A stretch of DNA of 62,446 bases, the filler included, from Sluysia triapertura (taxonomy: Eukaryota), in the NCBI GenBank assembly GCA_046118255.1. It is 5 parts of 5 records of this genome, joined end to end, with 100 filler letters (N's around TTAATTAATTAA, not from the genome) between each part and the next. Parts side by side here need not be neighbours in the genome. Positions count along the whole stretch, not along the records: positions 12,961 to 24,605 come from JBJNIA010182513.1; positions 24,706 to 38,478 come from JBJNIA010020625.1; 3 more parts are not named here. The stretch is one strand, 5' to 3'. Positions within the stretch are counted from its first letter, which is position 1, and each line of letters begins with the position of its first letter. A program made the position numbers and the translations under genes. The notes below the pieces were generated by a model, which saw nothing but the letters and a program-made list of their open reading frames with translations, had not been told where the DNA came from and searched no databases. Of the stretch, positions 12,961 to 26,928 are shown piece after piece.

Positions 12961-15900
12961 GGTTTGGATGATTTGTGTGAGAGAGTGTTTTGTTGTGAGA
13001 TTGTGAAGTGATTGGATGATGAGAGAGTATAAAATAAAGATTTTAAAATTTTTACACACAATAACAATAGTAATATCACAATAGTTAATACAGCAGCAAC
13101 GATGTCAACAAATGAAGATCCATGCACAGGGTAACATTTTTAAGTTTTCATTTATTTATTATTTTATTATTTTATTGAAATAATATAATTAATTTTGCTG
13201 TAATTTTGATAATATTTTGTCAATTCTAGTGAAATTTTTTTAAAGTTTTTTAAAGGTGATTTAATAGAAAATACCAACGTAATTTTTATTAGAATAACAT
13301 CTGATATTTATAATTTTAAACGCCCTTTTAGTGAAAAATCCCAACATAATTTTGGTTAAAATAACATTTGATTTTTAGGTATTTAAAAGATATTTTTAGT
13401 AGAAAATCCCTGCACATTTTTTTGTTAAACCAACATTTGATTTTCAGATATTTAAAAGATATTTTTAGTAGAGAATCCCTGCACAATTTTTGTTAAAATA
13501 ACATTTGATTTTCGATATTTGAGAGACATTTATAGAAGAAAATCCCTGTGTAATTTTTGTTAAAGTTGTATTTGATTTTTCTTTTGACATTTTTTAAGGT
13601 ACTTTTTAGAAATATTCCTACACTATTTAACTTATCAAAATACTAAGTGTTTTATCTTTAGAATTTAGTGTCAAGTCTTCCTTGAAAAGTCATTGTTACT
13701 TAACAACTTTATTGTAAACGTGTTCACTTTTATTTCGTTGGCCTAAAATATTTGAATTACATAATTACCATTAGTTCTTTGATATTAATAGTGTCTGTTG
13801 CGTCACTCCTGGTTGTTGTATTTTTTTAAAGAAATTGTAATATTTTCATTATTATTGTAATTGCTATTTTACTTTTACTATTTTAGTTTCATTTTGTGAA
13901 AACTCATATTATTAATAATAATAACAAATTTTATTTTGGTTTTTATTTAATAGCACATTATTGTTTTTGTTTTGATTTAATTGTCAAGAAATTTAAAGTT
14001 GGTATAATAGTTATTGACATAGTTATAAAAGAAGATTACGATAAAATTATACTTGATATACTATCTATTGAAATTAGTAAGGTTTAAAACGATCAAGATA
14101 ATAATAGTGAATCTTAATAATTCATAAGTTTTAAAGACGCAACATTAATATTATCTGAAAATAGTATTTTAAACTTTCTAGATATTGATAATTTTTTTGC
14201 ATCATCTCTGGTTTCTTTGGATAGATTGTTGTGTCCTTAATATTATTATAAACATTATTGTTAATCTTGTAATTTTAGTCGTTTTTATTATTGTTAAGTG
14301 GAGACTTATAATAGCAAATTGTATTTGATTTTTGTAATCATGAAATTATTGAGTTGTTATTAATTTGATTTAAAAACTTAATCTTTAGGCTAAATAAATA
14401 TTATCAAAATGAAAAAACTAATAATTTATACTTGATATAGTAACGAAATTATTGAGGTTTTGTTTAAGTTAATTAAATTGATATTGATTTATCTTTAATA
14501 ATTTTCAAAGACGCAACAATATTTACAAGCTCAATTTTCGGAGATCAATTTTTATAGCCAGTATCATACCGAAAATTTTAAATACTTAATCTTTAATATT
14601 AGTGACAAAATTCGATTTTAGACTTGGCTTGGCAATATTAATTTTATTTTAGCTTTGATTATTTTTATATTAATTTTTTTAAAATGTTTCATAAATATTT
14701 TATCGTAAATCGCAAAATAAAAAACATAGATCATAATGAGTTAATGATATTTTAACATTTTATAATAAACATAAATTTCTACATCCATTTATTGTTTTAT
14801 TAAATTATGAAAATTATAGAAAATGTAAATCCTGATAAAAATTTATAAAAAAATAAAATCAACTTAATAATTGTTTTAGGATTAGAAATTAAACTATCTC
14901 ATAATTTTTGTTATGTTACATTTGATTAAATTAATTATACTTGTTTTAAATCATTTTTAACCAGTAATTTTTCGCATGATATTTGCATAGGAGCGGCTAT
15001 CACTTATAATAAAATACAAATATGAACACCAAGATAGTTCGATAATAACAATAAACCAATATCAATTTAATTTAGTTAAATAAAATCTCAAATGATTTCC
15101 ACATTTCCTAGATCAAGTATAATTTATCACAAATTTTCTTATTTATTCAACCAAAATATTATGTTCTTAATTCAAATTAATAACAATAAGTAAATAATAT
15201 AATAATTACAAAATCAAATACAAGTCGTTATTATAAGTTTTCGCTTTAATAATAATACAAGTAAACTAAATGAAAAATAACTAAATTTCAAAGTTAATAA
15301 AATTTATGACAATATATGACCAAAAAAATATATCCAAAGAAACCAGAGGTGACGCAACAAATAACAAGAATTAAAATATCAATATCTAAAAAAATGAAAT
15401 CAATAATAATATTTATATCTTGTCTAATAACTCTATTCTAACTTAATAACCAAAACTCTAAAATAATTTGCATGAAGTCTCCCAAAATTCAATTAAAATC
15501 AATAGCTTAAAAGTTGAAATTAAATTAAGATAATAATTAACTTAAAATATATAACTTAAAATATTTCATACTAATTCGGGTAGAAAGCCTCCCAAAAAAT
15601 TCAAATTTATCAATGGCTAAAACTTTCCAAAAAATTATTTTTAATTAAAATCATATAAAATAAAAAAACCTTACCTTAATCATGAATTTTTTTTTGTCTC
15701 TCGTGATTGTTATCCTTTTTTGTTGTGAGTTAAATTTTTAAGTATTCACTTTTAAACCTCTGCAGCGTCCAAACTCACAATCAGGAATTACTCTTACACA
15801 AATCATCAAAGCCTCTTTTCAAGGTTAAAACGACTTTGACATTTATATGGTATGGCCTGTCAAGCGAAATATAAAAATTCGAATAACAGTCAACTCTGAT

Positions 15901-17371
15901 TTTTCTTCTACTCTACTCGATCTATTTTGATTGTTCTGTTTGTTAGTTTGTTCTCATTCCCAAACTAACATTTTCACAGACATTTAAACCTCATTTTCGG
16001 ATTCTCCTACCTCATAGTAATCACTCCATATCCAATTCATCACCGAGTTCATGCAAAGAAATCTTTAATATTGAGCAAAGTCAAGTATTAATTAATTCTT
16101 AATTATGGAAAGTTGAATTTTTTATACTTAGAATGATGTAAATGTAATGAATTGAATATGAGATGGTTGCTATGAGAGAGTAGAATCTAGAAGTGAGTTT
16201 GAAATGTTTGTAGAATGGATTCTTTGAATTAAGAACCTTAAACATTTTCATTAGAAAATTTGGTGCGAAAAATCGAAAATCAATTGAATTCTAACGACTG
16301 AAAATAAATTTATTATTTTTATATTTGTTAATAATATTGTTGATTGTTATTTTTATGTGAGAAGTTTTAAGTAAAATAGATTGAATAGAGTAAAAGAAAA
16401 TAACGGTTGAGATGTTTTGTACCTAATGAATTTGACAGACCGTATCATGTAATTGTGAAAGTTGTTATTGTCGGTCTAATTCTCAAAGAGGTTTTGATGA
16501 TTTGTGTGAGAAAGTGTTTGATTGTGAAACTCAGGATTGATTGGATGATGAGAGAGTATGAAATGAAAAAACAATCACACAATCACACAGTCGGCTAACG
16601 GAGAAATGTTGCGAAGATCCATGATTATGGTAAATTTTTTGTTATTACTTTGTTATTATTATATTGTTATTAATAATAATTTTTTTGGAGATTTTTATTC
16701 AGTTTAGTTAATTTAAAATTCTTTTTTATTTAATTTTTTTCTTAAGGAATTTTAAATATTTAATTCTTATTTGTCAATTTAGCATTTATTAAATAGATAT
16801 TATTTAATTTTTGGGAGACTTCCTTCCCAATTTATTGTGAAGAATTTCAAATATTAAATTATTATTTTTCAATTCAGCTATTATTAAATAGATTTTATTT
16901 AATTTTGGAGACTCCTTGCCAATTTTATCTTATAGTTTTTATGGTTATTGAGATAGAATAGATTAGAATTGTTTGAAAGTATATAAATATTATTATTTTT
17001 AAAATTTTAATTTTTGTTGCGTCAACCCTGGCTTTTTTGGACAAATTATTGTATGCTAAACATTGTTATAAAAGTTGTTGATTTTCTTTTAATTTTAATA
17101 ATTTTTAGATAATTCACTCATATTTTTGTTAAAGCAGAGTTTTACTTCAATAAATCGATTTTGATTTGGTAATTATTATAACATTGAGTTTTTTTATTGA
17201 TTTGAAATGAGGAACATAACTTCTGTTGGGGTTGAATAAATACCATAATTAAATTAATAGAATTTGAGATAATTTGTACTTAATTTAGTTAGTATTGAAA
17301 ATATTAAGATTCCATTTAAGTAAATTAAACTGATTTTGATGTATCGTCATTATAATTTCGAAGACGCAACA
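12961..17371. repeat. Three diverged copies of a ~1.0-1.5 kb repeat in alternating orientation: 12961-14520 (+), ~15040-16060 (-), ~16130-17371 (+)
   Basis: Shared motifs GATGATTTGTGT(G/A)AGA, GATTGGATGATGAGAGAGTAT, GAAGATCCATG, TGTTGCGTCA..C.CTGG and AAGACGCAACA, read on the appropriate strands. Confidence 0.7.
13260..13625 (+). repeat. ~60-bp degenerate minisatellite (TTTTTAGTAGAAAATCCCTGCACA...AACATTTGATTTT), about 6 units
   Basis: GAAAATCCC and AACATTTGATTTT recur at roughly 60-bp period. Confidence 0.75.
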
Positions 17372-18403
17372 TAAGTACAAACTAAAAAAATAAAATATAT
17401 GATATAGAAATTGAAATAAATTCTTGCCTAATCCACATGAATACTCTTAAGATTGAAATAAACTTTAGGGATTATTCCAAGCATCTTTGTACTACAAAAA
17501 ATGTGAATATGCAAAAATAAACAATATGTATTGTAGTGATCTCAAGATTAAAAGACTATAATTGTAAACACAATCGTAAGTAAACATCAACACAGATTAA
17601 CACATTTCTTATAAATAAGATCTTAAACAAACTTCAACACAATCTTACATAAAAATATCAATTCATCAAACAACACGCATAAAACACAATTACAAACACA
17701 ATTTCAAGATCTCTAATCAAAGTATGTTATAGGAATTATTTTGGAATTAATGTCGTTCTTTATTTTAATTTTAATTTTTGTCTATTACTGAATTATTTCA
17801 TGGATGAGCATTGTTTCAAACCCAAATCCTGCCATAAAGAAACTTATAAGTTATGTTGAAGGTTGTCCAGAGGAAGAAGACAAATTGTAGGAAATCTTTA
17901 GTAAATAGGTTAAAGAAAAGTAATCAAATAGAAGAACTTGAAAATTAAAACGTAATTGTATCATTTAAGATAAAATAAAATCTATAATTTATGAAGAAGT
18001 ATTATTTATTGTTTCGGTTTATACTTAAATCAGTGATGATTTACCAGAATAAATTAAATCCATGAAATTTATGTTTGCTTTACTTTTGTTATTTAATGAG
18101 TATTTCCGAAGTAAAATTATAACATTATTGATGTCTTACAGATTTAGTGTTGTTTCACTAAACATTATTAAATGTTTAATGCCTTAAGTATTTATATTAT
18201 TATTAGTAGTATAATTATTATTATCTTTTTATTGTTAGTTTATTATTATTAAAACTATTTAATCATATAGTATTTAAAAAATTAAATTATCAAAAAATCA
18301 ATACCAGCTTGAGAAATTACGACAGCAGTAAAGATTTTACCTTTAGCAATAGAATAAATAAAATTGATATTACTTTGAATTGATAACTATTTGAATTATA
18401 ACC

Positions 18404-19140
18404 ATGAATTTAAAAAGAAAATACAGTAGTATTTCAATTCTTTATGATCATTTATCAAAACCAAAGAATTTTAAACTACTACCTCGTGGTAAGCGTGAAT
18501 TAATGCAACATTTGGAGATTGCAATATTAGTTAAATTTCGTATTGAAATTAATTTTAAAATATTTTTTTATTTGGACATTCATGATTGGCGTTCTTTATG
18601 CGATCAATCTAAGTCATGCAACGATATTGCAAATAGTTGTTTGAGTTGGAAATTGTTCAATTTAAACAATTTTTTCAACAAACCTCAAGGCAATTTCTAT
18701 CAAGCATGAATAACGTCATAAAATTAAGAAACATGAAAATTTTGCATAGAAAGATTTTTCGTAATCAATTAGGTTGTTTGAAAAATCACTTAAAACTACA
18801 TTCGTCCTTTGACTATTCATCTGAATGTTCGTATCCTTTTAAATGTTGCGCTATAAAAAGTTATGTACGTTTGCTAAACTTCGTAGTAAAGTATAGTGTT
18901 AATTAAAGGGTATTTTTGAAACTCTAATCCAATATTGTTTTGAGAATGATTTATGGAAAGAATTGACAATTAAATGTGGAAGAAAGTTCAACTGTTCAGT
19001 TGCCGATCGTTAAGATAGAAATTAGTGTTACCTAACACTATCAACTGCTCAGTGACTCAATAATCGTCCATGGATCCGTTGATGGTATAGTCCTGATCAT
19101 GAAATTTTCTGTAGAGACATGTCGTTAGACCATCTGCTAA
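18404..19140 (+). pseudogene. Decayed intronless ORF (two overlapping frames), unknown family
   Basis: ORFs 18404-18709 and 18637-18906 overlap in a way consistent with a frameshift. No motif recognised. Confidence 0.25.
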
Positions 19141-19831
19141 ACATTTATGTTTGTTTTTATATGTTATTATGGTTTTGCAATTCATTTTTGTTTTTATTCA
19201 TTGGATTTTGAAAATAAATAAAAGATTAATTGATATTTTCGGTTTTTGTTTAAGATAATGATCAAATTGGTTAAGGTTGCATTTAAAAAAGCATCAAGAG
19301 TGCATGTGCTAACGAGTTCAGGTCTTTAGGAATAGATCAGACATTATAAAAGATCTTAAGAGAAGGAAAATTTTTAATCTTTTAACTAATGTTTATTTAT
19401 TAATATGTATAATTTAAAATCCAATTTCAACATAGTTTGTAAAATTGACTTGCATTATGAAGAAATAAATATTTACAGTAATGTGACAGAAAAAAAACTT
19501 TATAATCCATAATACTGTTCGGTTTCAGTTAAAATTTCACTATTATGAAATTACTCTAGCTAAATGCTTTAACAGTCTTACGTCAATTTTAAGTAAAAGG
19601 TGATATCATCTTGACGAGTACACGTTACAACTGAATAGTACTAAACTTAACTCTATGATCCATAATGAGTTTTCTAAGTCATATGAAAGACATAATTAAA
19701 TTTCCAATAAAATCCACTTGTTTTGTATCCATATACTCGAATTAGTAATAATTACCTTTTGTATACGAGTCTATTACTTTGACCGTAACGCATAGACAAC
19801 ATGCTATCTTCTAGTTACTATTTAGTCTACA

Positions 19832-20000
19832 CGTTAGGTTGCCATTACAACCCACTAAAATCTTATTTTCCATAAAAGAAACTCATTTTCTAAAAAAGAA
19901 AATTTTTTTCGAAATATAGAAAAAGAACTTTCCAGAATGTTCTAGAACATTCTAGAGTTACATAGGACTTTGAATGGCTGGTGGCTTATATAAATATCTA
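19832..20000 (+). repeat. Partial copy of the TGTTAGGTTG solo-LTR-like family
   Basis: GTTAGGTTGCCATTACAACCC...TTATTTTCC...CCAGAATGTTCTAGAA matches 2400-2620. Confidence 0.5.
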
Positions 20001-20463
20001 CAGGTAAATCTTTTTGTTTCTACAAATATTTATTTTTGGAGAATTTGGTTTACAAATCTTTATATTTGAGATAAGAGTACCTAATAATTCATATTACATG
20101 ACTACAATATCAATTTTGAGGATAATTTTGGAGTTAAAGGTTCTTGTAGTTTGATCGTTAATAGCAAAGTAAAATTAACATATATTAAATTATAAAAATT
20201 TATTGTGATGTTTGAAAAATAATTGATTAATTTTCTTTTAAAACCTTTTATTTCTATTCTACTATAAAAATCATTAAAAAAATAAAAACAAAATTTTATT
20301 TTGACAAACATGAAATCTAAATTTTATATCAAATATTAATGAAATTTGTGAGTTATGTCTAGTTTTGTCGAAAGTAGGATATATTGGCTAAATTTCTAAT
20401 TGTAGCTTCCTATAAAAAAGTAATAATTATATAACTCATGTTGCGTGGATAACAAAATTATAA

Positions 20464-21140
20464 TTACTTTATGAATAGGATCATTGTCTTCATAGTGTCA
20501 ATGGGCTTGAAAATTTTTAAACTGCCATTGTGATAATATCTACATTTTAGAAATTCCAATAAACCGTCTAATCTTATTTTGTGTTCGACTGCTTGATGTT
20601 GATTAATACTTATTTGAAATATATTGTTGTAGTAAGGACAGTATGTGTCGTATATTATACAAGTACCAGAAATATCCACTCCAGAGGAGAATTGTCCCAC
20701 GCGTTTTGATTAGATAAAATTATATTGGAGATAGGCATGAAACGAGATTGTCCTTTAACATTTACTTTAAAACAATTAACAATATTTAACCATGATGAAA
20801 TCATTTCATTAATCTCTCGATTAATGTTGATAACGAAATAGACGGTCTCTCGACACGACTCCATGTAATCTGTCTGTTCTCAAAATTTTTTAGCTGAACA
20901 ACATTAGAATTTCTCGATTCTTGAATATTCTGTCTTAATACAAGAATTAAATTCTTGATGCTTAATTTGAAACATTAGACCACGATTTGACTTATCATAT
21001 GTAATTATTTTTTTGCAAGACTTTTCTAAATACATAACTTGATTGTACGACGTGTTATGGCATATAAGCTCTAATGCTAATACATTTTCGATATCTTTCA
21101 CCCGTAAATAGTCAAAAAAATTAACGTTATTCTTATACAA
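20464..21140 (-). pseudogene. Decayed intronless ORF broken into three short ORFs, unknown family
   Basis: Three adjacent minus-strand ORFs with complex amino-acid composition, separated by stops and a frameshift. Confidence 0.3.
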
Positions 21141-22121
21141 TTTATCTTCACAAATAGTACCTATGTAAGATCGATTTTTTACAATATGCCTCTAAAACCT
21201 TTCTAACTAAGGAATTGTGACATGTTTTGATTCTTTATAATTAGAGATAATTAGTTGATTTAAACTTTCATTTATAGCACATGGAAGATTTATTGATAAA
21301 TGAATAACATTCATGATTATATCATCACAACTTCTATAAAATCGGTCTAATCTAGTTGTTGAATTGTTATTATTTTGATTACATGGATGTATTTTATTTT
21401 TTCGATTTTTGGATTCTCGAGGTATACTGCATTTTTACCTCTATTTTTCTTTTAAGCCTTTTTATTTCTATCTATTTTTAAACGTACAATAACTATAATT
21501 CTAACACTTAGATATCTGTTAACTGAGTATATATGTTTAGTGTACTTTTCAGTCTTATTAACTATTGTTGAGTAATTAGCAACGATTGGGCATCCAATCA
21601 GAAGAACAAATGTATGTAACAAAAATAGTCATTATTGGATGTCCAATTAACTGGCACATATACATATGAAACTTGCGCGTAGTAACCACCACTAAAATAT
21701 GCCATTTAATGACAGATGATAATTAAAAAGTTTGTATTAAATAATAATGATGGTAATAAATATGATAATAATAATGATAATAAAAATGACTACAATAATA
21801 ATAAAAATTATAATAAAATAAATAAATAAAATAATAATAATATAAAATTATAAAAAGATATAAAGCAAAAATTAAAAAACGCATAAACCTTATCTTTTCT
21901 TTCATAACACAATCTTTTAATTCTAGATAAATGGAATTCTTTTTCTTGAGATAAAATTAAGTAAATCTTTATTTTCTTAAAACATATAAAATTACTTTAA
22001 GAAAATTTTATTTGGATTACAATGGCCTTAATGTTTTGCAAATATGTTAAAGAATGAGTGTGAAAGAATTGTGAACTTGGGATGTTTTGGATTAATTTTA
22101 CATTTATCTTTGATAACTTAA

Positions 22122-22220
22122 GTTGTGGATTGTGATTCTAGTGTTGTGGATTGTGATTCTAGTGTTGTGGATTGTGATTCTAGTGTTGTGGATTGTGATT
22201 CTAGTGTTGTGAAATTGTGA
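22122..22220 (+). repeat. 21-bp tandem repeat GTTGTGGATTGTGATTCTAGT x4 plus a partial unit
   Basis: Four perfect copies, with no spacers. Confidence 0.95.
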
Positions 22221-23242
22221 ATTAAAAAATGTTTTAAAGGAAATTTTAAATGCACATCAATGGTCTGAATGTAAGTATAATTTTAATGACATAAGATTGT
22301 GAATTTAAAATGTAAAAATGTTTTAATGGATCTGAAAAAAATAGAATGTAAAATGTAAGAAAATGTGATATTTCATGTGAAGTGGTATTTTGAATTTTAA
22401 GTGTAAAGATTGGCCACCACAATAAGCGATTCTCCTGTGGAAAAATTTGTTTTACTTATTCCATGTTTTCTTTATAAATTTGTTTCAACCCCGATTTATT
22501 TAGGGTTAAATTTTAATTTAAAATTCTGAAGCATATAAATTTTAATTTTATATTCTTGATCTTTACTTTCTTATCTCTCATATTTGTCTACAGAATAATT
22601 TATTGCTAGTTTTGTGAATATAAATATCGTTTTTTAATCGAATTTTTTTAAAATTTACTAAAGCTTGTTATCAAAAAATCATTTAACGAATGCACTGAAT
22701 TTAACAATAAAGTAAGTAAATTATCGGTTAGGACTCTCAAAGAATAGAAGATACACTACTAGATAGTTAAATTAATCTTAAGATATCAACTTTAATAGTT
22801 ACAGACGCGTCCACTTTACGTCCTAATGATTTTATTGTAACCAATTTTATTTTGCCGTAAGTTAGGAGTTAGAAAAGCCGCAGCATGATCAGTATGATCC
22901 TTTTCCGCAAATAATTTTTAAATATTCTTTAAATAATTTTTAAACGTCTTACAGCAACTTGTAGTTGGCATTTCTGCAGCTTGATAAGTTAACTATATTC
23001 ACTTAAAAAATACGTTTAGTACGTTCCTAATAAATTTTTAACGAGGGTCTTAACTTTAAATAACACAATAAAGTAAAATTCAATTATTTTTTAATTGTAT
23101 TAATGCAAATGTAAAGGTAGAACAGTGAACAATAAAAATAAAATTAAAACTTGAATATTATTTTATTTTCTTATTTTATTATCTTCTTGGGATATTTAAT
23201 CTGTTTTCTTTAATAATTTAAGTGGAAAATTTCCCCTCATTA

Positions 23243-23625
23243 TATCAGGGTTCTTACAATATTAGAATTAACTTTGATTTTACGTGTATTTTAAGATCTT
23301 GACTTATGAAAAATCAAAATCATCTTAAAATAAACAAAATGCCTTCTCATGGAATAAAATAAAATCTTCTTGTGATTATGTTGTGAATTCCAAGTAGATC
23401 TGATAAAATGTTAAAATGTTGACCAAATTAAAGACGGAGCTTATTATTTTCAAAATGGCGATTATCATTAAACTAATGCTAGTTTACAAACTAATCATCA
23501 ACCAATGAAAATTGATGAAATGTTCTAAAAGTGAATTTTCTTTTTTAGATAATAAACAACTTTTAATTGTTTTAGACATTTAAAGCATTTTATGTAATTT
23601 TTAGGGTTGTGATGACAACCTAACA
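23243..23625 (-). mobile_element. Solo-LTR-like element (TGTTAGG...CCTGATA), 383 bp
   Basis: Reverse-complement homologue of 2400-2965. Near-inverted termini. The flanks ATTA/ATAA could be a mutated 4-bp TSD. Confidence 0.55.
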
Positions 23626-24989
23626 ATAACATAAAACACACAATACATTAGGTCAAAAATCCTACTAATTTAATTTGATTAATTTTTTCTTTATATAAAT
23701 CAATTGAAATTATCAAAAGCCGTCATCATCTTTCTTCAATCTAAACTAATTTTGCTTGATTAATTATTAATTGTAATTTTTTCACTTTTCCATATGAAAT
23801 GGAGTACAATAAACCATTATTAATGAATGAACAATTACTTTAGCTGTTTCTTTATTAATAAATTTTCTAATATGTGATATTTTATTTAAATGATATTTAC
23901 ACTTTTTAACAATGCAATTTACATTTTCTTCTATGTTCATTTTAGAATCTATATAACAGCCTATATTTTATAATTTTTGCTTCTCATCCAGAGTCTTACC
24001 ACCTACAATTAATTTTATTTTTATTAATTGCTTTATTTTGTTTCATTTATTTTGGTATTGTATGCGTCGCTGTTATCCTATGAAATCGGAGCAAAAGTGA
24101 AAATAACTTTTATTAATGTGATTTCGACTACGATATACAGTTTATACCTTAGAAGACATGTAACATGCAAAAGAAATATAACCTTCAAAATATTTTTAGT
24201 AATTCATTATTTCTAATTTTTTAAACTAACTTTCTTGTTAAGTGAAGATTATAATTACGAATACTTCATAACTTTATTTTCTATTAACTATATGGGGTTG
24301 AAGGATGACTTTGTTTGCAATTTACAATGATGTAAAATGTTTAGAAGAGTAATTGAGGGCGTGTATTGTTATATAATAGCCGAATGTGTTGAAGAATTTT
24401 AGTCCTATTAACACAATGAACGGAGTTTATATACTTAAATAATTTAAAGTTACACACTGGACAAATTGGGCCATTCATAAGCTTAAATAATAAAGTTTTA
24501 TTTTTGATGATTATATGATCGCCAATAGAATGCATTTCATATTGCGAAAACTTAATTAAAATTTCATAGTTTTTGTATGTTAATTCTTTTATGGTAGAAA
24601 AGTGTNNNNNNNNNNNNNNNNNNNNNNNNNNNNNNNNNNNNNNNNNNNNTTAATTAATTAANNNNNNNNNNNNNNNNNNNNNNNNNNNNNNNNNNNNNNN
24701 NNNNNGTTTTATTATTTTCTCATTAAATTATGTTATTAAATTGTATATTAGTCATCAAGCAATCAAAATCAAGGATGTTCAGAAATTTTGATTTCTTGAT
24801 TTGGAAAATATTATTTTCTATTTTGAAAAATATGTTCAGTGTATGATTGAAATATTATTCTTTATTATTCTAGAAACTTAAACAAATCTTTAGCATAAAC
24901 ATGGGTATTAAGGACCTTTAATCTATTAAAATTAGACTCATAAACAAAACGATAATATTTTAACTGATTTATTATATAATACAACAAAA

Positions 24990-25857
24990 TTGATTATAAA
25001 AATTTTGAGATAAAAATCAAGAATATAAAACATAAAATTTTACGTTTAATAAATAACAAACTTACAGTTACAGATCGATTTAAATTATTATTTGATGAAA
25101 TTATATAAATGTTATTAGATATAAAAGCATTAGAATTAGTTCGCTCTATCATGATTATAGAATGTTCATTTTTGTGATTTAAAAGTATCTCGACTACTAT
25201 CTTCGCTATATTTTCGAACTCAGTAAAGTGGATAATCAGTACCACATTGCTTACTAATGGTATTTGAAAAATTTGATGAATTTCCATGTTTATCGATCTT
25301 GTTTGATGTTCCAGGTGAAGCTGGAGTTGTTGATAATGTATCTTAAGGAATAGAATCATAAATATGTTCATTGCTAAAGTCAGTATTCACTTTTTTTAAT
25401 TAACAAATCCAAATTTGTACTGGATTCGTAGTTACTCCAGGTTTCAAAGCTTTGATCAATTGTATCATTACAGCTAAAATTTAGTTATAGTTTATTTTGA
25501 TTTGATTCATAAACGAATTTAATGTAATTTTCATCGTCATAAATACAATTATCATTAGATTGATTCAATTTTTGAAATATTTCCTGCACAAACACCTCTC
25601 TGTCATTTATAAAGACAGTAGAATCGTTGCATTCGTCTAGCAGCACCTTGATATAATTTTTCAACTATAAATAATTTCTTATCTATTTTATCATTCAATT
25701 CGTAATTGTCATTTTCGCCATTTGTATTATTTGAGATCAAGAAACATTCAGTTGAATTAGCATAAGTCGGTTCATCAAGACCACAATAATCAACCGCTGT
25801 TACACTTTCGTTAAGAGGTGATGTTTTAAAATTATCCATCAAGAATGAAGACTCCAT
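24990..25857 (-). pseudogene. Decayed gene of unknown family (Ser/Asn/Asp-rich)
   Basis: An 84-aa ORF from ATG 25857 continues in shifted frames (DREVFVQEIFQKLNQ..., NEHIYDSIP, STTPASPGTSNK), with stops. Confidence 0.3.
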
Positions 25858-26054
25858 TTTATAAGATCAATAAAATTTTTTTAAATTAAATGAATTACTT
25901 AAACAAAACAAAGTAAAATGAATTAATTATTCTTTTTACTCTATCAACATTTTTGTGCATCTATTTTTTATTTTACATAGACTAACTTTACTGTACAATT
26001 ATATTTATATTATATTATATTTAAAATTATATTTATATTATATTATATTTAAAA

Positions 26055-26363
26055 ATGCCTGTTATATTTTATAAATTTAAGACAAACTCTAAGACAACTC
26101 TAAAACAATTTAAGGAATTAATTGGCAACAATGTTTTAGATTTTGAAGCGAAGTGTGTTTTATCGAGAGTACAAAAACACACTTCAAATCCACTCGCCAT
26201 TTTGCATTCAAATGAATTTAGTAATTTTAAAGAAAATAAACATAGTAAAGATCTGTCTATGATGAAAGAGAAATTGAGTCATTTGCGCGATTATATGAAG
26301 TGTATCAAGTGTAAAAATAATTTCTGTTTTATGTGCATAGATAACTTTGATAATATTAAGTGA
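26055..26363 (+). CDS. Short ORF ending in an IBR/RING2-like Cys motif; possibly a pseudogene
   Basis: MKCIKCKNNFCFMC resembles the C-x2-C-x3-F-C-x2-C half of IBR zinc fingers. Confidence 0.3.
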   Translation: MPVIFYKFKTNSKTTLKQFKELIGNNVLDFEAKCVLSRVQKHTSNPLAILHSNEFSNFKENKHSKDLSMMKEKLSHLRDYMKCIKCKNNFCFMCIDNFDNIK

Positions 26364-26928
26364 ACCACTACACTTTGTATATGTACTTATATATATTCTG
26401 AAATAATATGTTCATTTTTATATTTTTAATAAATTATTAGTTTTAGATGTTGTTTAATTAAATTGAGTAGATTAATAGAAGAAATTTGCAGTTTCGATTG
26501 TTATTTCTGCATGATTTATATCATTTAACTATTTGTACACAATCCTATTAAAACAAGCCTTATTTAAAATCAAAATAAGCGATATTGTTAACACGTTAAG
26601 ATAAATACACTCATGAGTTTCTTTTAAAGCAGTACCGTAAGTATATATTCACATTTACAAACATAAGTTATAATAGGAGTATCCTACAACAGAAACTATT
26701 AAAAATTAATAATTATTTTATAATTCATTATTTTATAATTCATAATTATAAATTTCGTTGTTTTTATTGAAACTGTTTTTATTTATTTCTAAAAACTTCA
26801 AAATTATGGAATATTTGTGATTTTATTACAAATAAATTATTGATATAATCTAAATTTATTATCATTATTATTATTATTAATGTTATTTATATTATTAAAA
26901 TAATAATTATATTTATTGCAAAATTTAG

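Noticed and set aside
22122-22220. Regular repeats superficially like a CRISPR array
   Set aside because: The units are contiguous with no spacers, and the context is eukaryotic. It is a plain minisatellite.
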